Assembly (NCBI GenBank): GCA_965197645.1
Contig: OZ240219.1
Coordinates: 672,001-736,000 of the forward strand
DNA length: 64,000 nucleotides
Reading direction: 5' to 3'
From: Dehalococcoidia bacterium
GTDB lineage: Bacteria; Chloroflexota; Dehalococcoidia; Plut-88900
This document shows, piece after piece, positions 40,694-48,947 of this stretch (the first letter of the stretch is position 1; each line of letters begins with the position of its first letter). The notes beneath the pieces were generated by a model. That model was not told the DNA's origin. It worked only from the letters and a program-made list of their open reading frames with translations, and ran no database searches. A program made the position numbers and the translations under genes.

Positions 40694-40769
40694 ACGCTCA
40701 ACCGATGGGCACAAGGGTTCGCCGGTATCCGTCCATTGTGAACCGACTTAGTGTTAGGAGGTCGAAACA

Positions 40770-42176
40770 ATGACTACGTATAAGAAGTTCATGAGGCGCC
40801 GCACCGTTCTGGGTATCGTCGCTGTAGTCTTGGCGTTTATGCTCGTTGCGGCCGCTTGCGGTGAGGAGGCTGCACCCGAGCCGACCGAGGAGGTCATGGA
40901 AGAAGTGATGGAGGAGGAGGTCGAAGAGGTGATGGAAGAGGACGTCATGGAGGAGGAGGCGGTGGAGGAAGAGATGGTAGAAGAGGTGATGGAAGAGGAC
41001 GTGATGGAGGAGGAGATGGTCGAGGAGGTAATGGAAGAGGACGTGATGGAGGAGGAGCCAGGCGATGGGATGGTCGGACTGCGTGGTCCTGACCAGTGGA
41101 CGGTTGACAACCCGGCTACGTTGGAAGAGGTCGAAGCCGAGCTGGAGAAGTTCCGAGGCTCAAGCTTCGTCTTCGTATCCTGGGGTGGCGCCTACCAGGC
41201 GGCCCAGCGCCAGGCCTACATCGTTCCCTTTGAAGAGAAGTTCGGCATAGACGTGGTCGAAGAGAGCGTGCCCACGGCCGCCAAGATCAGGGCCATGGTG
41301 GAGACGAGCAACATCGAATGGCACGTCATTGACAACGGTACGGGCAGCGCCTTCCAGCTAGCCCTAACTGGAGACCTGGAGGAGCTGGACTTCAGCATCA
41401 TTGACAACCGGGACTACCTGGATGTCCTGAAGGCTCCCTGGTTCGGTGGCGGCGGCATCACCTGGTCCGAGGTGCTGGCCTACAACACCGAGACTTACCC
41501 CGACGGCTTAGGGGACGTCTCCGCCTTTTACGATGACGAAAGGTACCCGGGTCGCAGGGGCTGGGCTTACTACGGTGATATTGCGGAGAGGTTCGTTCTC
41601 CTAGCCCAGGACCCTTCACTTCTGGACACTGTGGAAGGCCGCGCCAGCCTATCGAGCCTGACCGACGAGCAGCTGGACCGCTCCTACGAGCTGTTCGAGC
41701 AGTACAAAGACCAGATAAGCCTCTTCTGGCAGACCGGCTCGGACTGTCCCCAGCTACTGATCAGCGGTGAGCTAGACATGTGCACTGCTTGGAACGGACG
41801 GATCTACGACGCCGCCCAGGAAGGCGCCCCCATAGCCGTCTGCTGGCACTGTGGCCACATCCTGAAGACCGACACCTGGTACATCCCCAGGGGCTTGGCC
41901 GAGCAGGCCCCTGATACCTTCTATCTGGCCCAGCTATTCTTGGCCTGGACCGGATCACCGGGGATCAACGCCAATATATCCAAGTACATCAGCTACGGTC
42001 CCATCAACATTAAGGCCCTTCCCTACTTGGATGCCCCCGAGTTCGATGTGGTGAGGGATGAGTTGCCTTCGTCTGCTTCCAACATTCAGTACGCCATCCT
42101 GGCGGATGAGAGGTGGGGTGGGGACACCGCCGACCTTCGCTACGAGCGCTACCTGGAATGGCAGCAGAACCTGTAG
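40770..42176 (+). CDS. extracellular solute-binding lipoprotein (PotD-like), copy 2
   Basis: Same 468-aa length and motifs as 39019..40425. Confidence 0.88.
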   Translation: MTTYKKFMRRRTVLGIVAVVLAFMLVAAACGEEAAPEPTEEVMEEVMEEEVEEVMEEDVMEEEAVEEEMVEEVMEEDVMEEEMVEEVMEEDVMEEEPGDGMVGLRGPDQWTVDNPATLEEVEAELEKFRGSSFVFVSWGGAYQAAQRQAYIVPFEEKFGIDVVEESVPTAAKIRAMVETSNIEWHVIDNGTGSAFQLALTGDLEELDFSIIDNRDYLDVLKAPWFGGGGITWSEVLAYNTETYPDGLGDVSAFYDDERYPGRRGWAYYGDIAERFVLLAQDPSLLDTVEGRASLSSLTDEQLDRSYELFEQYKDQISLFWQTGSDCPQLLISGELDMCTAWNGRIYDAAQEGAPIAVCWHCGHILKTDTWYIPRGLAEQAPDTFYLAQLFLAWTGSPGINANISKYISYGPINIKALPYLDAPEFDVVRDELPSSASNIQYAILADERWGGDTADLRYERYLEWQQNL

Positions 42177-42225
42177 CCGGTCATAGCCTAGACACGACAC
42201 AGGCAATCTGGATTTGCCGAGAAGA

Positions 42226-42262
42226 AAAGTGGGCCTCCCGATGGTATCGGGAGGCCCACTTT
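42226..42262 (+). terminator. intrinsic terminator
   Basis: AAAGTGGGCCTCCCGA-TGGTA-TCGGGAGGCCCACTTT perfect stem. Confidence 0.8.
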
Positions 42263-42321
42263 ACATGCCAATCGAGTACGTGTTTCTTCCTCCAACCGAC
42301 CGACCGATTTAGAGAGGGCTA

Positions 42322-44115
42322 TTGCGCAAGATACTGTTTATTCTTACCGTGGCGGGCCTGTTGCTGGCTCCGGCCGGTTGCGGAGGCGAGCCGGACCCCC
42401 CCGGACCGGCTACGTTGAACCCCTTCCCACCCCCCGGCGATAACGGGGTGGTGCTCCCACGGGCCCGGACCTTCTATTCCGGGAGGCAGCCCTTCGGCAT
42501 TCTTTACGATGGCGAATACATGTGGCTGGCCAACATGTCCGATGATACGGTGTCCAAGTACTCGCGGAAGAGCGAGCTCCTGGGCACGTTCCCGGTGGGC
42601 AAGTGGCCCATGGACATCGCCTTCGATGGGGAACACGTCTGGACGGCGAACAAGGGAGACGGCACAGTATCCAAGCTGACCAGGGATGGCCGGGTCGTCG
42701 GTTCATTCCACCTGGGCGGTCAACCCTACTCACTGGCCTTCGACGGCGAGGATATCTGGGTTGTGGACTACGCTGAGGACTCGGTGTCCAAGCTCAGCCG
42801 GCAGGGAGACCTGCTGGGGACCTTCCCGGTGGGAGACCAGCCCAGGGACGTAGTGTTCGATGGCGAATCGATATGGGTGGCCAACGAGCTGGACCTATCC
42901 GTGACCAAGCTGGAGATGGACGGCTCCATCGTCGGGACCTTTCCCATCGGCGATGGCCCTGTGAACATGGCGGTATACAACGATACGGTCTGGATCGCGG
43001 CCAGGACGAGCATGAGGCGGATATCGTTGGATGGGGAGCTGATAGGGACCTACCTGGAGTGGATGTGGCTGGAAAGCATCCTTGTGTCGGGCGACGACCT
43101 GTGGGTCGGGGTCCGGTCCAACGACTCGGTGCTCCGGCTGGATGCGGCCACGGGAGAGGTGGAGGCCCGATTTTCGACGGGAAGCTGCCTGCCCTATGGG
43201 CTGGCAACGGACGGCTCCACCCTGTGGGTGGCGGAGGCGGGCTGCTCGGAGGTTGCCCACTGGGACCTGGAGGGGGGACACGAGTTCGTCACCTACGTGG
43301 CGGAAAGCAACCCCACAGATATGGTCCACGCCCTCGATGGGATATGGGTATCTAACAGGGCCAGCGCCACCGTCACCAAGTTCAGTACCGATGGCAGGGT
43401 GCTCAAGGTGGTGAGGGTGGGTGCCAAACCCGGCCCACTGGCCTTCGATGGCCGGAACGTGTGGGTGGTGGGCAAAGGCGGCTGGACCCTCACCAAGCTC
43501 AGGGCCAACGGCAAGTTCAGGAGCACGATACAGCTGGAGCACCGGCCGGAGGACCTCGTCTTCGACGGCCAACAGCTGTGGGTCTCCTTTCCCGGTGCCG
43601 ATCAAGTGTCTCGCTTTTCACTGGACGGGAAGAGGACGGGAGATTTCAGCCTCCAGGGCAAGCCGACGGACATGGAGGCGGGCGCAGGGTACCTGTGGGT
43701 GGCCATGAGGGACAGGGACGAGGTGGTCAAGCTATCGTCGGAAGGGGTCCCGCTGGGGAGGTTCGCGGTGGGAGACAAGCCGGGATCGCTTCTCTTTGAT
43801 GGCGAGAGCCTTTGGGTCGGCAACCTCGGCGACAACACCCTGTTGAAATTGGACCAGAACGGAAGGGTGCTGGACACCTTCGAGTTTGGCGCTGCGCCGG
43901 GGGCGTTGGGGTTTGACGGCCAGCATATCTGGGTGTCTCCCTGGTATGATGCCGCCGTGTTGAGCCCCGGCATCGCCACCTTGACCCCGGCCGGGGAGAG
44001 GGTTGCGCTACTGCCGGTGGGGTTCAACGCCGGATCGATGGTGTTCGATGGGAAGCGGATGTGGCTGTCGAACCCTACGGGAGATACGGTCTCGCGTGTT
44101 ACGCTGACTCCCTAA
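42322..44115 (+). CDS. beta-propeller repeat lipoprotein (YncE/Vgb-like)
   Basis: PAGC lipobox; about 14 repeats of P...AFDG..IWV.N....VSKL...G. Confidence 0.8.
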   Translation: MRKILFILTVAGLLLAPAGCGGEPDPPGPATLNPFPPPGDNGVVLPRARTFYSGRQPFGILYDGEYMWLANMSDDTVSKYSRKSELLGTFPVGKWPMDIAFDGEHVWTANKGDGTVSKLTRDGRVVGSFHLGGQPYSLAFDGEDIWVVDYAEDSVSKLSRQGDLLGTFPVGDQPRDVVFDGESIWVANELDLSVTKLEMDGSIVGTFPIGDGPVNMAVYNDTVWIAARTSMRRISLDGELIGTYLEWMWLESILVSGDDLWVGVRSNDSVLRLDAATGEVEARFSTGSCLPYGLATDGSTLWVAEAGCSEVAHWDLEGGHEFVTYVAESNPTDMVHALDGIWVSNRASATVTKFSTDGRVLKVVRVGAKPGPLAFDGRNVWVVGKGGWTLTKLRANGKFRSTIQLEHRPEDLVFDGQQLWVSFPGADQVSRFSLDGKRTGDFSLQGKPTDMEAGAGYLWVAMRDRDEVVKLSSEGVPLGRFAVGDKPGSLLFDGESLWVGNLGDNTLLKLDQNGRVLDTFEFGAAPGALGFDGQHIWVSPWYDAAVLSPGIATLTPAGERVALLPVGFNAGSMVFDGKRMWLSNPTGDTVSRVTLTP

Positions 44116-44129
44116 AGGCGTCCCTGCAG

Positions 44130-44385
44130 TTTCGCCCCTCTGCACACTTCCTTTTCTGTCAATCTGGTAACCCTAGTTTGGGGAGTAAGGAGCCCGCGGC
44201 TCCAATCCGGGGCGGGGGGAGGGCAACCCAACCTGGGGGCGGGGCGCCCTTCCATCAACCCAGGCTCCGCTCACATGGAAGGAAACCTAACCCTCTTAGG
44301 CGGTAGCCCTAAGCGCCCTCGCTAGATTGCCACGCCCCGACTATGTCGGGGCTCGCAATGACGAAGGCATAGATTCCGTCCAGCC
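44130..44385. repeat. composite REP/MITE-like element (reverse orientation)
   Basis: Reverse complement matches 2020-2125, 1848-1885 and 60441-60485. Confidence 0.75.
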
Positions 44386-44419
44386 GACGCGGGCGGGTGA
44401 GACAACCAACGCTGCGAGG

Positions 44420-46375
44420 TCAATTTCGGGGTCGGCTGCGCTCCAGGTGGACCATGAGCACGCTCAGGTCCGAGGGCGTTACGCCGCTTATCCGGCCCGC
44501 CTGGCCGAGGGTCATGGGACGAAACCGACCGAGCTTCTCTCGGCTTTCGTTGGAGAGGCCGACGATCTCCTGGTAGTCGATGTCGCCGGGGATGGCACGC
44601 TCCTCCATGCGGGCGATGCGCTGGACCTCCTTGAGCTGTCGGTCGATATAGCTCTGGTACTTAGCCTCGGTCTCCACCTGCTCGGCGGTGCGGGTCTCTA
44701 GTCGGGCATCGCCCAGGCCCAGGGAAAGCATCGTCGGGTAGTCGACTTCCGGGCGGCGCAGAAACTCCAGCGCCGACGTGGACCTGGTCACGGGTGCTAG
44801 ACCGTGGGCGGCTAGGCGATCTCCCAGGGCGCCGTTCTGGGGAACGTAGCTGGCAGCAAGCCTCTGCAGCTCTCCCGATATCCTGTCTCGCTTGTTCTCC
44901 AGCGCCTGGGACCGGGCGTCGTCCAGGAGGCCCAGATCATGACCGATGGGGCCCAGGCGTAGGTCGGCGTTGTCCTGTCTGAGCAGGAGCCGGTACTCGG
45001 CGCGGGAGGTCATCAGGCGATAGGGTTCGGAGTGGTCCTGGGTGACCAGGTCGTCGATCATAACCCCAAGGTAGGCTTGGTCGCGGCGCAGGACCAGCGG
45101 AGGTCTGCCCTTGACCTTGAGGGCCGCGTTGATGCCCGCCAGAAGTCCCTGCCCGGCAGCTTCCTCGTAGCCGGAGGTGCCGCAAATCTGCCCGGCGAAG
45201 TATAGGCCGGACACCAGCCGGGACTCGAGGCTGGCCCTGGTCTGGCTGGTGATGACGTAGTCGTACTCCACGGCATAACCGAGTCGCAGTATTTCGGCGT
45301 GCTCCAGGGCCGGGATGGAGCGGACCATAGCGTGCTGCACATCTTCGGGAAGGCTGGTGTTTGCCCCTTGAAGGTAGACCTCGTTGGTCTCCCAGCCCTC
45401 GGGCTCCAGGAACAGGCCGTGGGAGTCCTTGTGCGCGAACCGGACGATCTTGTCTTCGATGGAGGGGCAGTACCGGGGTCCAACCCCCTCTATCATGCCG
45501 GTGAACATCGGCGCCCGGTGAAGGTTATCTCGAATGACCTGGTGGGTGGCCCCGTTGGTATGGACCAGGTAGCAGGGCATCTGCGGCCGCCAGCTGCTGT
45601 CCGGGCCGGGCGGATAGGCGGGGTTGGGGTGAGGGAAGTCCAGTTCGTCTCCATGCGGACCCCAGAAGCTGAAGTGAAGGGGCGTATCACTGCCGGGTTG
45701 GAGCCTGGTGCGAGAGTAATCGATGGAGCCGGCCTCGATGCGGGGAGGGGTGCCCGTCTTCAACCTGCCCAGCTTGAAGCCCATCCGTCGAAGGCTCTTG
45801 GAGACGCCCATGGCGGCGGGTTCGCCGGCCCTGCCTCCGGTGTAGGCTTTCTCTCCCATGATGATGCGGCCTCCCAGGGACGTGCCGGTGGTCAGAACTA
45901 CGGTCTTGCCGCGGAACACGGCGCCGTCCCGGGCCCTGAGGTAGAGGCCTTGGCTTCCCTCCATCGGCCCCAGGTCTTCGATCAGCGCCTGGGTGATGGT
46001 GAGGTTGGCCTGGGCCTCGAGGGCTTCCCGCATTTCCAGGCCGTACAGCTTCTTGTCGGCCTGGGCGCGGAGGGCCTGGACGGCAGGTCCTTTGCCGGTG
46101 TTGAGCATCCTTATCTGGATGAAGGTCTTATCGATGTTGCGCGCCATCTCGCCGCCCAGGGCATCGATCTCCCGAACGAGATGGCCCTTGGCCGGCCCGC
46201 CGATGGAGGGGTTGCACGGCATGAGCGCAATGTGCTCCAGCTTCATGGTGAGCACCAGGGTGGAGCAGCCCATTCGAGCGGCGGCCAGGGCGGCCTCGCA
46301 GCCGGCGTGACCACCACCCACGACGATGACGTCGTAAACGAGTCCGTTCAAATTCTTATCCTGCTGAGGCGGCAT
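44420..46375 (-). CDS. mnmG: tRNA uridine 5-carboxymethylaminomethyl modification enzyme
   Basis: GGGHAGCEAA, CNPSIGG, GPRYCPSIEDK and SRAEYRL. Confidence 0.97.
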   Translation of the reverse strand: MPPQQDKNLNGLVYDVIVVGGGHAGCEAALAAARMGCSTLVLTMKLEHIALMPCNPSIGGPAKGHLVREIDALGGEMARNIDKTFIQIRMLNTGKGPAVQALRAQADKKLYGLEMREALEAQANLTITQALIEDLGPMEGSQGLYLRARDGAVFRGKTVVLTTGTSLGGRIIMGEKAYTGGRAGEPAAMGVSKSLRRMGFKLGRLKTGTPPRIEAGSIDYSRTRLQPGSDTPLHFSFWGPHGDELDFPHPNPAYPPGPDSSWRPQMPCYLVHTNGATHQVIRDNLHRAPMFTGMIEGVGPRYCPSIEDKIVRFAHKDSHGLFLEPEGWETNEVYLQGANTSLPEDVQHAMVRSIPALEHAEILRLGYAVEYDYVITSQTRASLESRLVSGLYFAGQICGTSGYEEAAGQGLLAGINAALKVKGRPPLVLRRDQAYLGVMIDDLVTQDHSEPYRLMTSRAEYRLLLRQDNADLRLGPIGHDLGLLDDARSQALENKRDRISGELQRLAASYVPQNGALGDRLAAHGLAPVTRSTSALEFLRRPEVDYPTMLSLGLGDARLETRTAEQVETEAKYQSYIDRQLKEVQRIARMEERAIPGDIDYQEIVGLSNESREKLGRFRPMTLGQAGRISGVTPSDLSVLMVHLERSRPRN

Positions 46376-46474
46376 GGAGATATATTACCCCGGCTGTCGA
46401 CTAGCCGGCGAGGACAGCGTGCTATACTAAAATCGGATGCGGACCTACTTGCTAGACCCGGCGGAGGACTGGGT

Positions 46475-46759
46475 ATGAACCTCTTCAACGTGGGCGCCCT
46501 GGAGATAATGGTGATTGTGGTGCTGGCATTCATCCTCTTCGGGCCGCAGAAGCTGCTGGGCCTGGTCGCTTCGTTGCGCAAGGCGTTCACCGAGTTCCAG
46601 AGGAACGTCTCCGACGTGGCCTCGGCGGCGATGGAGCAGCACGAGGCCAGCGAGGCCGAGGCCGCCCCCGATGATCGGGCCGAGTTCGTTCGTGAGAGCC
46701 CATCGAGACAGGAAAAGCCCAGTCGACTCAACGAGCTCCGCGGAGAAGACGAGGGGTGA
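46475..46759 (+). CDS. twin-arginine translocase TatA/TatB family subunit
   Basis: G..EI....LAFILFGPQKL followed by an amphipathic helix; GGAGG RBS; upstream of tatC. Confidence 0.85.
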   Translation: MNLFNVGALEIMVIVVLAFILFGPQKLLGLVASLRKAFTEFQRNVSDVASAAMEQHEASEAEAAPDDRAEFVRESPSRQEKPSRLNELRGEDEG

Positions 46760-46787
46760 AGAGGCTCCGCCTAACGGGTCCTGCCAA

Positions 46788-47543
46788 ATGAGGGAACAGG
46801 ACAGGCAGACCATATTCGAGCACCTGACGGAGCTGCGCAGCCGACTTGTAAAGTCGGTGATAGCGCTGACCGTGGGTACCGGCATAGCCGCTGGGCTGAC
46901 CTTCCCGGTGCTCAAGTTCCTCAAGCGCCCGGCCGGCGACATAGCCCTGGTGTACATCGATCCCACGGAGCTGATTGGCACCTACTTCAAGGTGGCCCTA
47001 CTCGGCGGGCTGATAATAGCCATGCCCGTGGTGCTGTACCAGCTGATCATGTTCGTTGCGCCCGGGCTGACCACCCGAGAGAAGAGGTACATCGGCGTGG
47101 CCCTGCCAGCGGCGTTTCTATGTTTCGTCGCCGGGGTGTTCTTTACCTGGTACATCCTGCTGCCCCCTGCGCTGGACTTCCTCTTCAGCTTCGGGAGCAG
47201 CGTGGCCGAGCCCCAGATACGCATCAGCCGGTACGTCCACCTGGTGATCATGTTGTCCTTCTGGACGGGGGTCTCCTTCCAGACGCCCTTGCTGATGCTC
47301 ATCTTTGCCCGGCTGGGGATAGTGAGTCCGAAGGGGTTCGCCAGGAAGCGAAAGGTCGCCGTACTGGGCGCATTCGTTGCCGGGGCGGTCTTCACCCCCA
47401 CCTTCGATCCGATCAACCAGACGCTCCTGGCCAGCCCGATAATCGTGCTGTACGAGGTGGGGATATGGCTATCGAAGCTGGCGGCCCGGCAGAGAAGACG
47501 CTCGGCCGAGCGGGCCCGGGATGCCCTGGAAGGCACGGGGTAG
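46788..47543 (+). CDS. tatC: twin-arginine translocase TatC
   Basis: EHLTELRSRL, FVAPGLT.REK, FQTP and TPTFDP. Confidence 0.95.
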   Translation: MREQDRQTIFEHLTELRSRLVKSVIALTVGTGIAAGLTFPVLKFLKRPAGDIALVYIDPTELIGTYFKVALLGGLIIAMPVVLYQLIMFVAPGLTTREKRYIGVALPAAFLCFVAGVFFTWYILLPPALDFLFSFGSSVAEPQIRISRYVHLVIMLSFWTGVSFQTPLLMLIFARLGIVSPKGFARKRKVAVLGAFVAGAVFTPTFDPINQTLLASPIIVLYEVGIWLSKLAARQRRRSAERARDALEGTG

Positions 47544-47551
47544 GTTAGGCC

Positions 47552-47712
47552 TTTCGCGACCATCCCCCTGGCCCCCTTCCTGGCCAGGAAGGGGGTAAGA
47601 AAAAGGGATAGTTTCTGAGGGACACCCCTTCGGCGGGCTCAGGGCAGGCTCTCAGGCTCCCGGCCCCCAGCAGGCAGTCCCAGAAGAATTGGCTTCGCCC
47701 CTCTGCACACCC
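47552..47712. repeat. MITE/REP-like element with a nested 24-bp insert
   Basis: Copy of 19236..19370 plus CCCTTCGGCGGGCTCAGGGCAGGC at 47626-47649. Confidence 0.85.
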
Positions 47713-47802
47713 TGAGTCCTAGCGATCCGCTAACCGCCCCTTCAGAGGAAGAGAGCCGTTGGCTCCCATGCGGGGTGGGTGGGAGGGAAAAACCACCTTT
47801 CT

Positions 47803-48846
47803 CTAGGGCGAGGCCACAGACCGGGTTACGGCACGGCTGTAGTCAACCTCGCTGCCCCAGGAGACTAAGTAGGTGGAGAATCCGCCGGCTCCGCCCCCTG
47901 CAACCATGATCAGGAAGTCGTCGGGGGTGTCCACGACGGACATCGAGTCCACACCGACGCCGTAGTCATGCTTGCCGCTGTTGGGAATCCTCTCCCAGAA
48001 GGACACGGGCATGGTGGCGGCCTGGAAGAGATGCCGCTTCACCTGTTCCTTGGACCATCCTGCCCCATGGATGATGCGCAGGTGCTCCGGCACGATCACC
48101 ACAAGTATCTGACCTCCCCGGGCGTAGTAGGGATAGTGAACGATGCTGCGGGCCAGGTTATCAAGCACCTCCTCGGGGGTCTGGCTGAGATGGTCCGAGA
48201 CCTGCACGGGCGCGTAGCAGGCGATGGCAGTCACCGCGCTCTCATCAACCGGGTAGCCGAAGTCACAGCGAAGGGGGAGCCAGGGCGTCAACTCCTCGTC
48301 TTCAGCGATGCATGCTGAGTACTTACCCGGGTTCCCGACGGTCGACCTGTCCAGCACACCGGGCCTCGCTTCGCACACGTTCATGATGACGAGCCTGATC
48401 GCCCTGCCTATGGCGGCGTTGGCCCGCTTGGTGGGGCCGAAGACGTTGGCGCCGTAGTTGACGTCCAGCTCCCCGGCGATCGGTCCGCCCACGATCAGCA
48501 TATGGGACGCGCCCGAGGTGCTGGCCGCGGTGGAGTGGAGGCCGAACTCGGGCCGGGTCATCGCTTCGACTCCTGCGACGAGTACCGGCATGTACTCCGG
48601 CAAGCAGCCTGCCATAACCGCGTTGACGGCTATCTTCTCGGCGGTGATGGTCCGGTCTCCAACCTCGACTCGACCGACCACGTGATCGGGCTCCAGTTGG
48701 GCATGGGCGAGGAACTCGGTTACCAGCTCAGGAGTGGGAGGGATGATGGGCAGACCATCGGTAAGACCCTCCCGGTGGTATAGCTCGATGGCTTCAAGGA
48801 AGCCGACCACCTCGCGGGAGCCGTAGGACGATGGTCCGTTCGGCAT
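47803..48846 (-). CDS. conserved hypothetical protein (TDGLPIIPPT family)
   Basis: TDGLPIIPPT, IAVNAVMAGC.PEY, RANAAIGRA and GNPGKY. Confidence 0.8.
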   Translation of the reverse strand: MPNGPSSYGSREVVGFLEAIELYHREGLTDGLPIIPPTPELVTEFLAHAQLEPDHVVGRVEVGDRTITAEKIAVNAVMAGCLPEYMPVLVAGVEAMTRPEFGLHSTAASTSGASHMLIVGGPIAGELDVNYGANVFGPTKRANAAIGRAIRLVIMNVCEARPGVLDRSTVGNPGKYSACIAEDEELTPWLPLRCDFGYPVDESAVTAIACYAPVQVSDHLSQTPEEVLDNLARSIVHYPYYARGGQILVVIVPEHLRIIHGAGWSKEQVKRHLFQAATMPVSFWERIPNSGKHDYGVGVDSMSVVDTPDDFLIMVAGGGAGGFSTYLVSWGSEVDYSRAVTRSVASP

Positions 48847-48947
48847 GTTTGTCCTCCTCCCAAACCGAGGGGATTATATCACCGCAACAGGGCCGGCTTT
48901 CCCCATGTACTTCACGCGGCCCCCGGATATAGAATGCCCAAGAGCAG

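Noticed and set aside
45299-46474. Long N-terminal extension of the TatA/B ORF
   Set aside because: Antisense to mnmG; the start with an RBS is at 46475.
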